Assembly (NCBI RefSeq): GCF_036365525.1 | Contig: NC_090380.1 | Coordinates: forward strand, 82,221,658 to 82,285,657 | Reading direction: 5' to 3' | Origin: Heterodontus francisci | Taxonomy: Eukaryota | DNA: 64,000 nt | Shown here: piece by piece, positions 48,744-61,310 of the stretch | Layout: each line of letters starts with the position of its first letter | Numbering within the stretch: the stretch's first letter is position 1 | The notes under the pieces: model-generated | The model's database searches: none | Told to the model about the DNA's origin: nothing | Seen by the model: the letters and a program-made list of their open reading frames with translations, nothing else | Program-made: the position numbers and the translations under genes

Positions 48744-51716
48744 TAAAATTAGAATTAGAACATTACAGCGCAGTACAGGCCCTTCGGCCCTCGTTGTTGC
48801 GCCGACCTGTGAAACCATCTGACCTACACTATTCCATTTTCATCCATATGTCTATCCAATGACCACTTAAATGCCCTTAAAGTTGGCGAGTCTACTACTG
48901 TTGCAGGCAGGGCGTTTCACGCCCCTACTACTCTCTGAGTAAAGAAACTACCTCTGACATCTGTCCTATATCTATCAACCCTCAACTTAAAGCGATGTCC
49001 CCTCGTGTTTGCCATCACCATCCGAGGAAAAAGACTCTCACTATCCACCCTATCTAACCCTCTGATTATCTTATATGTCTCTATTAAGTCACCTCTCATC
49101 CTCCTTCTCTTCAACGAAAACAACCTCAAGTCCCTCAACCTTTCCTCGTAAGACCTTCCCTCCATACCAGGCAACATCCTAGTAAATCTCCTCTGCACCC
49201 TTTCCAAAGCTTCCACATCCTTCCTATAATGCGGTGACCAGAACTGCATGCAATACTCCAGGTGCGGTCTCACCAGAGTTTTGTACAGCTGCAGCATGAC
49301 ATCATGGCTCCGAAACTCGATCCCCCTACTAATAAAAGCTAACACACCATATGCCTTCTTAACAGCCCTATTAACCTGGGTAGCAACCTTCAGGGATTTA
49401 TGTACCTGGACACCAAGATCTCTCTGTTCATCTACACTACCAAGAATCTTCCCATTAGCCCAGTACTCTGCATTCCTGTTACTCCTTCCAAAGTGAATCA
49501 CCTCGCACTTTTCCGCATTAAACTCCATTTGCCATCTCTCAGCCCAGCTCTGCAGCCTATCTATGTCCCTCTGTACCCTACAACATCCTTTGGCACTATC
49601 CACAACTCCACAGACCTTAGTGTCATCCGCAAATTTACTAACCCACCCTTCTACACCCTCTTCCAGGTCATTTATAAAAATGACAAACAGCAGTGGCCCC
49701 AAAACAGATCCTTGCGGTACACCACTAGTAACTAAACTCCAGGATGAACATTTGCCATCAACCACCACCCTCTGTCTTCTTTCAGCTAGCCAATTTCTGA
49801 TCCAAAGCTCTAAATCACCTTCAACCCCATACTTCCGTATTTTCTGCAATAGCCTACCATGGGGAACCTTATCAAACGCCTTACTGAAATCCATATACAC
49901 CACATCCACTGCTTTACCCTCATCCACATGTTTGGTCACCTTCTCGAAAAACTCAATAAGGTTTGTGAGGCACGACCTACCCGTCACAAATCCGTGCTGA
50001 CTATCGCTAATGAACTTATTCTTTTCAAGATGATTATACATCCTGTCTCTTATAACCTTTTCCAACATTTTACCCACAACCGAAGTAAGGCTCACAGGTC
50101 TATAATTACCAGGGCTGTCTCTACTCCCCTTCTTGAACAAGGGGACAACATTTGCTATCCTCCAGTCTTCCGGCACTATTCCTGTCGACAATGACGACAT
50201 AAAGATCAAGGACAAAGGCTCTGCAATCTCCTCCCCAGCTTCCCAGAGAATCCTAGGATAAATCCCATCTGGCCCAGGGGACTTATCTATTTTCACACTT
50301 TCCAAAATTGATAACACCTCCTCCTTGTGAACCTCAATCCCATCTAGCCTAGTAGCCTGAATCTTAGTATTCTCCTCGACAACATTTTCTTTCTCTATTG
50401 TAAATACTGATGCAAAATATTCATTTAACACTTCCCCTATCTCCTCTGATTCCACACACACCTTCCCACTACTATCCTTGATTGGCCCTAATCTAACTCT
50501 AGTCATTCTTTTATTCCTGATATACCTATAGAAAGCCTTAGGGTTTTCCCTGATCCTATCCGCCAATGACTTCTCGTGTCCTCTCCTTGCTCTTCTTAGC
50601 TCTCCCTTTAGATCCTTCCTGGCTAGCTTGTAACTCTCAAGCGCCCTAACTGAGCCTACACGTCTCATCCTAACATAAGCCGCCTTCTTCCTCTTGACAA
50701 GCGCTTCAACTTCTTTAGTAAACCACGGCTCCCTCGCTTGACAACTTCCTCCCTGACTGACAGGTACATACTTATCAAGGACACGCAGTAGCTGCTCCTT
50801 GAATAAGCTCCACATTTCGATTGTGCCCATCCCCTGCAGTTTCCGTCCCCATCCTACGCATCCTAAATCTTGCCTAATCGCATCATAATTTCCTTTCCCC
50901 CAGCTATAATTCTTGCCCTGCCCATCGCTAAGGTAAACCTAACCGAATTGTGATCACTATCACCAAAGTGCTCACCTACATCTAAATCTAACACCTGGCC
51001 AGGTTCATTACCCAGTACCAAATCCAATGTGGCATCGCCCCTGGTTGGCCTGTCTACATACTGTGTCAGAAAACCCTCCGGCACACACTGGACAAAAACT
51101 GACCCATCTAAAGTACTCGAACTATAGTATTTCCAGTCGATATTTGGAAAGTTAAAGTCCCCCATAACAACTACCCTGTTACTCTCGCCCCTGTCGAGAA
51201 TCATCTTCGCTATCCTTTCCTCTACATCTCTGGAACTATTTGGAGGTCTATAAAAGACTCCCAACAGGGTGACCTCACCTCTCCTGTTTCTAACTTCGGC
51301 CCATACTACCTCAGTAGACGAGTCCTCAAACGTCCTTTCTGTCGCTGTAATACTCTCCTTGATTAACAATGCCACACCCCCCCCTCTTTTACCATCTTCT
51401 CTGTTCTTACTGAAACATCTAAATCCCGGAACCTGCAACACCCATTCCTGCCCCTGCTCTACCCATGTCTCCGAAATGGCCACTACATCGAGATCCCAGG
51501 TACCAACCCATGCTGCAAGCTCACCCACCTTATTCCGGATGCTCCTGGCATTGAAGTAGACACACTTTAAACCAGGTTCTTGCTTGCCAGTGCCCTCTTG
51601 CGTCCTTGTAACCTTATCCCTGACCTCACTACTCTCAACATCCTGTACACTGGAACTACAATTTAGGTTCCCATCCCCCTGCTGAATTAGTTTAAACCCC
51701 CCCGAAGAGCACTAGC
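48744..51716 (-). mobile_element. Young CR1 LINE with nearly intact ORF2 (endonuclease 50863-51528, RT 48917-50830), TSD AAAT
   Basis: 637-aa uninterrupted RT ORF (YMDFSKAFD, GVPQGSVLGP, KFADD); APE motifs VAISETW, GDFNF, SDHN; one frameshifting deletion at ~50920 and a W->stop at 48917; (TTCTAA)n tail; AAAT at 48740-48743 and 51717-51720. Confidence 0.95.
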
Positions 51717-52719
51717 AAATGTGGAGTAATCAGTTCAGCCATGAACTTATTGAATGACGGAGCAGGCTCGAAGGGCCGTGGCCTACTCCTGCTCCTAATT
51801 TGTATGTTCATATGACCCAAGCTCATGTTTTAGACCCCTTTACATCATTGGTTCCCAAATGACCACATCATACACTACGCATGCAATGGCCAGTTTTCTC
51901 AAGCAAAAAAAGTGAGCACTGGAGGCTGCCAACAAAACTGAAGTTTTTACTTACTGAATGTGGAGCCAGGAGAAGCAGGAGGGGCCTTTTTAGCTTCACA
52001 TTAAATGCTGCCAGTCTCCCAGTCACCCCTCCCAGTCTCCTTCCTCCATACTGCCCCCTGTGTTCAACTCCAGAAAGCTTGTTATAGAATGATAAGGCTG
52101 GAGCCTCTATTTACTCAGTTTCACATTTAATGTGCAGAATAAAAGGCTTACAAACATGTAACACTTCACATAGATCCCTCTCCCAGTCCCAGTGAGTGTC
52201 TGCTTTTAAGTGGTCAACTAAAACCCCAATTAACTCCTTTCACCTGCATATAATCGCACAATTAACACATATAATCACACAATTAACATCCTGAACTCAA
52301 CTGGTGCCCCTCCGGCAGACTTTCTTCCTTTCCATCACTGCCATACTGCCTGTTGGGATGAGATTAACACCCCAAGTGCACTGGTCATAGACAGCTGACA
52401 TAACATGACCAATTTTGCATTGTCCTTTAGCGATTTTGCAATAAATTTAACCTCTAGGCCGATCATTCTGACAACATTCACAATAGTTCTTAACCAGCAA
52501 TTTCACCAATACACGAAAATCAGAGCCAATCCTTTTTCCCTTTTTAAGGGAATGTTATCTCTTTTTGGTACCAATGTGTTGTTCACAGCCCACACTCATT
52601 AATCCAGGTGAGTGACATGGTCCAAAGGCATTGCCACTGCGATTCTAAATTTAACTGTTAGATTTTCCCAGGGATGAACCTCACTCTGATATTTCTTTCC
52701 TTTCTGTGAAGAAGCATTT

Positions 52720-53415
52720 GGGGCTAAATTTTCAAAATGTGTTTGGGAGCTCAATGCCTGGATGATTTCCAGGTAGTGACCCCACACCTGAGCAATGTCG
52801 CTAGCGCAATGCGATCGTGAAATATAAATGGCCTAATTGGGCAGGAGGTGAGTTCATCACCCAATTAGTGGCGCTGAGCATCTGCAAGAGGCAGGAGCTC
52901 CCTGCAGGGTGTGAATGGCAAAGGCAGGCAGCAGCCACGATGAGGCCTGCCGCTGTCTTGCCGATGAGAGCAGGCAACTCCATAGAGGGCCAGCAGAATA
53001 AAAAGGTGAGGCAGTGCTTCCAGTATGAAAAACAAAGTCCTGTGCTTGGCCTGGTGCAAGATCCCCGTGGGCCCAAAACAGTTCATCGTGTGGAAATAAA
53101 GTCTTCCCCCTGCCCACAGTGAACCTGACAGCTGTGCACTATCGTGCCCCAGACTGGTCGGGCTTGCTGGAACTGCCTTTGAAAACTGCAGTGCAGACCC
53201 ACACCCGGCCCTTTAAAGAGCTCCTTCATGGTCTTAATGTTCCCTTAATTGGAGGTGAATAGCATCCCCATTTCCTCCCTCCTCCCCCGCCCTCACATTG
53301 AAAATTCTGGACTGTGCCGGAAGCACCAGGTTCCACAGACGACCTCCAGGACTGCAATTTTCAAATTGCATCCACATAGAGTCCTGACCCTGCAGCCCTT
53401 TGAAAATCTGGCCCC
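52720..53415. mobile_element. TIR-bounded non-autonomous DNA element (Harbinger-like MITE)
   Basis: GGGGCTAAATTTTCAAA ... TTTGAAAATCTGGCCCC inverted termini; TSD unclear. Confidence 0.55.
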
Positions 53416-55439
53416 TGGTATCTGTTTAGCGCATTCTCATACTAGCATATCTGAGATTGGTAGTTCAGTGCATGAGGAATAATGAGCATTATCCCATGTT
53501 CCATCTCAAAATTAGAAGGACTTGCTTAAATATGTACCTATTTGTAGCTTGAACAATAGGGAGAATTCATAAGGACATTCCTGGAGACTGTCAGTAAACT
53601 ATGTTGTGTTGTGAGTGCCCAAATGGCTCAGTCAATTAATCTAGTGATTAGCCAAGCTACGGACATTAAGAAGATCCCAGGATTGATCTGTGAACTGTAT
53701 TACATTTTTTAAAATCTCAGCCAGGGTGATGGTAGGAATGCTACAATAGGTCTGTGTTTCTGGGTTAGAGAGGAAAAAAATAACTCCTTGCTCTTATTCA
53801 GGCTCAGGAAATTGTATATCTGTGGACATCAGATTTGGATCCGATCAGGCTTGACAAAATGATTAAATAATTTACTGCCTTGGACACACATAAATACAGG
53901 TCACTTTGACAAGGGACTGGAGGGCACTCTGTGCCAGCGAAACCTCACGTGATCAAGGAGTTGTACTTTTGGGGAGGTGAGGGGATATTTGTAAGGAAAA
54001 GAGATTTAAATAAAGTGCAATTCGTGCTGTATGATAAATCTGTTCAATTTTGGAAGTAACATTTTATATCACTGAGTAAAACTATATGCAGTGCATTAGA
54101 AAAACACTGTCAGGTGAACTTGCACATTAAATCAGAGTCCAGCACTAAAGATTAAACATTAAGATTAAAGCTCAACATTAACTTTTTTACAGATTTAGTA
54201 ATACTTAAAGCTAGTTTACTTACATTTTCCAGCCTTCTCTCAGTTCTCTTTGTCCTGTAGTTTCTTTTATGTTTTAGTTACATTTCCACTGTTCACTGAA
54301 GTTTGATTATCAGATTGTTTTTTAAAGTTGATTTGAAGTGAAACTGCCTGACTACTGAAATTTAAGGTGGAGTTACCTCTGCCTTAACGATCAAGTTCCA
54401 GTTTGGCACCACACCTAACCTTGTGCACACAAGGAAGTTTAGCAGCGTGGGGCATCAATCACAGCTAGGATCAACTGGTTCTGTGATTGGCAGGACTACA
54501 AGTATGAATACTTACCATTCCTCTGTTAAACTTCTTCCTTCCTTTAAGTTCACATATTGAAAATGTAAAGATAAGCGAGTTTATTGATGTCACAGAGAAA
54601 GGATTTTTGTGCAAAAGCTGTTTACTAGTATTCTGAGGTCTAATTTCAATACATCAGGGATTAAAGTAAGGAAGCCTGGATCTGGAATGTTCTCACTCTG
54701 CCGCCACAATTTTCTGTAAGTATGGTGGAAACCCCTTTTTATGCTCATAAACAAATTTATACATCACTTTCAGTGAAGTTACAGCGACACAGCAGGAGCA
54801 GCTGCGAGGAAATTGATCGCCATGGGCGAACCTGATTTTAACTCTGTGTAAGTGAATGGGTCTTGAATGAGTTAAAATCAAGCCCCTCAGGGCCGAATGG
54901 ACCAAAATGTCAATGGTGCTGTCAAATAATCCTCAATAGACAGTAAAGGGAAGCAATGTTACTTTAACCTGGTGGGTTGGCTAGCTGACTAAAAGCAATA
55001 CTACAGTTAATTTAACCGGTAGAGTTCTTTCAAGGCTTATCTAAAATTCATTCCAGTAATAAATACGAGGGTGCCACACCTTAAGAAAGCAGCCACGGTA
55101 AGCCGACCTAACAGTATAAATTACCAGGCAAATTATCCAAATACGTATGCCATAAAATGTTGCTCGGCAACCTATTGTAGAATTATCTCTGGCCCATGCT
55201 AAATCCTTACATAACTTTGCAGTTGCATTCACTAGATGTGCTCCTTCAACTTACAACATATAAAACTACTTCTCTGCTTGTATGACAAGATGTTACCTGA
55301 TACAGAGAACAGGCCCAAACTGGAGAAGTCAGGAATTGATTCCCTTTGAAAATCCCACCTTGGGCAACCTTGTACATCACCAACCTAAGAAAAGGTAGAA
55401 CCGCAGTCCACCCCAAAATAAGAGCTAGTAGCACCCTTT

Positions 55440-57310
55440 CCTACTTGCTCCCACACAGGAATAAGCATAACCTCACTCATATAGTTAGAATCCTGCACTG
55501 TGAATGTTGTTTGGCAGTATCCCTTGAAAAGACCATTGCAACAGTTGTCACTTTTGCCATTGCTGGCCTGGAACAGTACTGCCAGTAGTGGCAGGACAAG
55601 ATGGTGATGGCAATTAAGCAACTCACATGCTGGGTTCCACCATTGTTGTGGATGGAGACATTAATGGAAACTTCTTCTCCCATTAGTTGCTTAATTTTCC
55701 ACGACCATTTCTGACAATCAAACAAGTAACAGGAGATGGAGGCTCCATGGACATCCTTATCCTCACAATGGTGAAGCCCAGTACTTGAGTACAAAATACA
55801 GGGCTGAAGCATTTGCAACCAATTTCAGCTGGATGTGCCAAGTCAATGATCCTTCTAGGCCTTCTCCTGACATCTCCACCATCACAGTTGCCAGTTTCCA
55901 GCCAATTTGATTCACTCCATGTGGCATTAAGAGGGCTATGGATCTTGACAATATCCCAGTAATACTGCTGAAGGAATGTGCTCCAAAGCTAGCCACAACC
56001 TAGCTAAGCTTATCCAGTACAGCTATTTCCACAGGAGAATATGGAAAATTGCACAGGTATCTCCTGTCCACAATAAACAGGACAGATCTACCTGAAACAA
56101 TTACGACCAATTAGCCTACTTCCAATCATCAGCAAAGCAATGGACTGGGTCATCAAGAGAGCTATCAGATGACACTAACTCACCTATAACCTGCTTACCA
56201 ATGCTCAGTTTGGGTTCCACCATGATCACTGGCTCCAGACCTCAATATAATCTTGCTTCAAACATGGGCACAAGAACTGAATTCCAGAGGTGAGGTGAAA
56301 GTAACTTCCCTTGACATCAAGACAACATTTAAGTGCGTGTGGTACTGAAGGAGCTGTAGTTAACCTGAACTCAAAGGGGGATCAGAGGGAAAATTTCCCA
56401 GTTAGGTCCTGACAGAAAGGAGAAAGGTTGTGGTCTTTGGCAAACAATCTCAGTCCAGGGACGTCACTGCAGGAGTTCTTCAGGGCAGTGTCCCAGACTC
56501 AACAATCTTCAGCTGCTCCCTCAATGACCTTGCATCCATGGTAAGGTCAGAAGTGGGACTGCTTGTTGATGATTGCACAGCATTCAGCTCCATTTGCAAA
56601 TTATCAGGTAATGAAGCAGTCCATGCCCACATACAGCAAGACCCGGGCAACATACAGTATTGGGCTAATTAGTAGAAAATAATATTTGGGGTCACATCAG
56701 TGACACTTCCACTCAGGTGGTAAGTGAAATGTCCTTCAAGGCTACATGAATGCTGTGGCTATTGAACAGGCCAGAAGGGGGTATTTTGAGGCAAGTAGCT
56801 CATCTCCTGGCTCACAAAGCCTTTCCACCATCTACAAGGCACAAGTTAGGAGGAGGATGTTCTCTTGCCTGGATGGGTGCATCTGCAACACGGAAGAAGC
56901 TTAATACCATTAGGACCACCATCCACAAGCTTAAACATCCATTCCATTCAATACTGGTGCACTGCGGCTGCAGTGTGTACTATGTACAGGATACATTGCA
57001 GCAAGTCGCCAAGGTTTCTTTTGCAGCACTGCAACCTACAAGGACAAAGACAACAGATGCATAGAAATGTCATTGCCTCCAAAGTTCCTCTTCAAATCAC
57101 ACACAATTTGGACTTGGACATAAATTGCTGTTCCCTCATTGCTGCTGGGTCAAAATTGTGGAACTCCCTACTTAGCAGCATTGCAGGAGCAGTTTCATCA
57201 AATTGACTGCAGCGATTCAAGAGGAAAACCCACCTTCACCTTCTAAAGGGCAATTAGGGGTAGACAATAAAGGTCAACCTCGTCAGTGAAGGTCATGACC
57301 CAAAGAATGA
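55440..57310 (+). mobile_element. Highly degraded CR1-clade LINE
   Basis: TAGVLQGSVP, LLVDDCT, KLWNSL remnants; related to 33090-33810. Confidence 0.7.
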
Positions 57311-58279
57311 ATAAAACCAACCTCTGCCAGTTCTAATCTCTAAGTCACACTTTAAAGGAGAAACATTGATGTGAGAAGCAATTGAAAAGAACGGTCACTA
57401 AATTTAACATGCGACCAGATTTTACGGTGACAATAATGGCATGTGTTCTGGGTTCACCGTTACTAGAGAACTTATAGTTCCGATGAAAAGTCATGACCTG
57501 AAACATTAACTCTGTTTCTCTGTCCACAGATGCTGCCAGATCTGCTGAGTATTTCCAGCACTTTCTGTTTTCATTTCAGATTTCCAGCATCTGCAGTATT
57601 TTGCTTTTATTTAGTCGCAACTTTTGGACAGCGCGCACTGTAGAGCACAAATGCAAAAGTTGTGGTGGGCTAACCAGCGCTATTCCTGGGGTTTGCGACT
57701 TCAAATGGCAAGTACGGAACTGGCGCAAACTCAGGCTAATTGCTTACTAATTGCCCACTAATTGTGAATTAATTGCACTTTATAATTTTGGACCTGGTAT
57801 TTCCATGCATAAGGGGCCTCTTCTCAATTCACGAATATGTATTGCGGAGATCTACACCAGAAAGGATCCTTTAAGAGTTAAAATGAACTGATTTTTTTTT
57901 AACATGAAACCTTTTAAAAATTTGATATCATGTTAAAACGTAAAATCTATTACTTTTTAAGCATGATTTATCAGACTGTTTAAATATCACTTTTTAAAAC
58001 AATTTATCTGATCAAAATGATTGCACTTTTTAAAAATATGTTTAAATTTTAATTTTGTAAAATTAATCATGAATGCTTAATCTGACGTTCCAATGCCTTT
58101 TTACTACAGCAGTCGGCTTTATACAGTTTTTCTGGTGCAGTGATTGGAAGCCACGCCCACAATTGCCTGTCCTTTTCGCCTGCAGTACAAGGTGCTGCTG
58201 GGCGATGTCGGCAGCAAATCGTCCCTCAAGGTCACTGAAATTCTAGCTATGGGGATCGCAGTAGATAAGTGCGATGTCA

Positions 58280-59048
58280 AAAGTCATTTGGCGGAATGCC
58301 TCATCACCAGAGCTTTCAAACAAGCACCAAGATGTAGCTTGGCTGGTGATGAGAAGGGCCCTGCCCGTCAGATCCTTCATGCACACCCGAAGTCTCGCCT
58401 CCTCCGCACAATGCCCCCGCGGTGGCTGTGGCGGGGAAGAGACGGTTGCCCACCTCCTCCTGGAATGTGTCTTTGCAAAGCAGGTGTGGAAAGAGATGCA
58501 GTGGTTTTTGTCGAGGTTCATCCCAACACAGGAGTCTGTGCTCTACGGGCTGTTCCCAGGGACGCACACCGAGACAAACATCAACTGCTGCTGGAGGACT
58601 ATCAATTCGGTGAAAGACGCCCTTTGGTCTGCCCGAAACCTGCTGGTCTTCCAACGCAAAGAGCTGTCCACGACCGAATGTTGCAGACTGGCACATTCCA
58701 AGGTCCAGGACTACGTGCTGAGGGACGCACTAAAGCTTGGGGCAGCCGCAGCAAAGGCTCATTGGGGAAAGACCACTGTGTAAGGTCCCCCCCACCAAGC
58801 TGAACTGAGGGGCTGGATCTATGGGAAACCCCTCAAACTGTATCAGGAAAATTTTGTGTGCTGTAAATGTAAAAATGTATATGGCATGACAATGAAATGG
58901 AAGGGTTGTGAGGCAACTCATGATTGTATAGAAGGAAACTGATCACCTTTGCACTGTTTGTATTTTTTGACTTGATGCAGTTTTAAACCGTTTGGGAATG
59001 TAAGATTTACAGATTTTTATGAATAAAGTATATTTTGGGAAAAAAAAA
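58280..59048 (+). mobile_element. Tx1-like LINE 3' end with poly(A) tail, TSD GATGTCA
   Basis: ORF with the zf-RVT motif CPRGGCGGEETVAHLLLEC..VWK; AATAAA plus A-tail at 59022-59048; exact GATGTCA at 58273-58279 and 59049-59055. Confidence 0.85.
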
Positions 59049-60119
59049 GATGTCAGTGGTTGGCACCATCGCTGTGCAACTGTCTGAAATGCAGCCATTT
59101 TTTCTTTTTAGCACTGAGATTCATAACTTATCGAACAACAATTTTGTTGTCAAGAGAAGGTGTTGAGCTTTGAGATGTGAACCATGTTGATTGGAAATTC
59201 TACCCTCTTCTCCATACAGTAAATAAGTATCTTATAGATAAGGCTGTCTCTGGCATAATGGGAGATATGATTGAATAAAGTAATCTGTAAAGTTACACTG
59301 ATTCATAGTTAAGAAATGCCATAATATGTGGGAAACTGAATCATTCACAGAGAATTAGCAATGACCATAAAAACTTATCAATAAGTAACAGTAACCTAAT
59401 TGTTTAATGGATGCAAAGTCTATAGACATAGAGGTGAATGTAATGATATAATAAACTGAAGCGCCACTCATTGTAACTGTTGTAATTTAAAGGCAATCAG
59501 AACACACCTATTTATGAGTGATGTAGTGAAGTTTTAAAATAAAGGAGAAGCAAACCATTGAGGCAATGATGTGTTCATGTTTTGTTATTTCATTTTAATG
59601 TGAAACATTTTTAATATAGACCAGAACTGAACACTGAAATGTTAAAAGCACAGACATTAAGCAATAGTCTTGAACTTTGACTTTTTGTTGAACCCTGAAT
59701 GCATTTCCTGTGACACAGGTTCCACAGTGAAATAATAAAAAGAATGCTATAATGAATGCCAAGTTTACACTTACTGAAGTCTCATTGTATTCATTTTGCT
59801 ACATTTCAAAATTAACACCTTAAAAAGCCAACTTCCTTTCTTTAATTAGACTTTAACCTCTTAAATGGTGCATGGCTTTGAGTTTGGGAGATAGTGTAAA
59901 ATGGTGATGGTGAAGAGGAAGCCATTTTGAGTTTCTCCTGATTGTTATTTCCATTGACTTCAGGCAAACCAATCTTGCAGTGGGGCCCACAAACAGGCAT
60001 TAAGCCCCTCATTCACATATGCAAAGTGCCCAACAACTTTTTACCATTTCCCAATATGGCGTTGATGCACCTGGCCAGAAATCCTGCCTGCCATACTGGG
60101 GGCTTAGTAGACCAGTTAG

Positions 60120-61310
60120 CATTAGAGAGACTAGACAAGGGTAATATAGTAGATGTAATTTATCTAGATTTCCAAGAGGCCTTCAAAAAAGATTCCACAT
60201 AATAGACTAATGTATAAGGTAAGGGCATGGAGAGTCATAGGGACAAGTAGAAGAATAGATAACTAGTTGGCTGCAAGCTAGAAATCACAGAGCAGAGGTA
60301 GCTATACAGAGTTGCATAGGGTGGAAAGTGAGTTCTAATAAAGATTAGTGCTGGGGGAACTGTTGTTCACAATATTTGCTAATGATTTAGATTTTGGAAT
60401 CAAAAAACACAATTACTAAATTTGCAAATGACACCAAATTGGCGGGGATAGTCAATACTGAACCAAATTATAAGACAATTTTAACAAATTTGCAGAATGG
60501 GCATGTACTTGGCAAATGAATTTCAACACAGATAAGTGTGAGCTACTGCATTTTGGCAAGAAAAATTCAGAGGTCACTTATTACTTGGAAAATAAGGCTG
60601 GAATTTTATGTGGCCCAGGCCGTTAATTGGCCTTGGGTGGGACTTCTGCTCCTCTGAGGCAGGACGTCCCGCCTGAAAGAGCTGCTGGCCAATCAGTGGG
60701 CTGGCAGCTCTCAGTCCCAGCAGCGCCACCAAGAGCAATGGCCGCTGCTGGGACTGAAGCCAGGGAAAGGAACAAGAGGGATGCCTGCCCTGGAAAAAAG
60801 GTAAGTTTGTGGGCCCTTGCCAGGGACAATTGATTGGGCCCCGGCAAGGCGAGGGGGATCGGTTGTGGGGGGGGGGAGGTTGGGCCTAGGGCAGGGCCCT
60901 CTGTGGGGCACAGGGTGCCCAATCAGCAGGCCACCCCAGCCCACAAGGAGGCCGCCAGGTTTTACCAGGCAGCCTCCTGCAGGGCCTGAGCCGCTGTTAA
61001 AATACTTGTTGCGGCAGGAGGAGGCAATTAAGTGACAGTTAATTGACCACGTAAGGGCATTGATTGGCCTGGGTTGGGCTGTTTCTTGCTGCAGCCCCTC
61101 GTAAAATTGCAGCAGGGGAGGGAAGGCGATGGGAAATTCCAGCCTAAGAACCTAAATGGGGTAGAAGAGCAAAGGGAGTACAAATTACCAGAAGTAGTGA
61201 CACAGGTTAATAATACCATTAAAAAGGCAAACCAAGCACTGGGGTTTATTTCTAGAGGGATTAAACTGGAAAGTAGAGAGGTTATATTAAACTTGTATCG
61301 AACATTGGTG
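60120..61310 (+). mobile_element. Degraded CR1 RT fragment interrupted by a MITE
   Basis: VDVIYLDFQEAF, KFANDTK, KKANQALGFISRGI..LNLYRTLV. Confidence 0.78.
60596..61144. mobile_element. PIF/Harbinger-like MITE, TSD TAA
   Basis: TIRs GGCTGGAATTT / AAATTCCAGCC; TAA on both sides; same family as 22736-23448. Confidence 0.8.

Noticed and set aside
48917-50830. 637-aa ORF as a host gene or active retroelement
   Set aside because: Ordinary CR1 ORF2, separated from its endonuclease by a frameshift, prematurely terminated and lacking ORF1.
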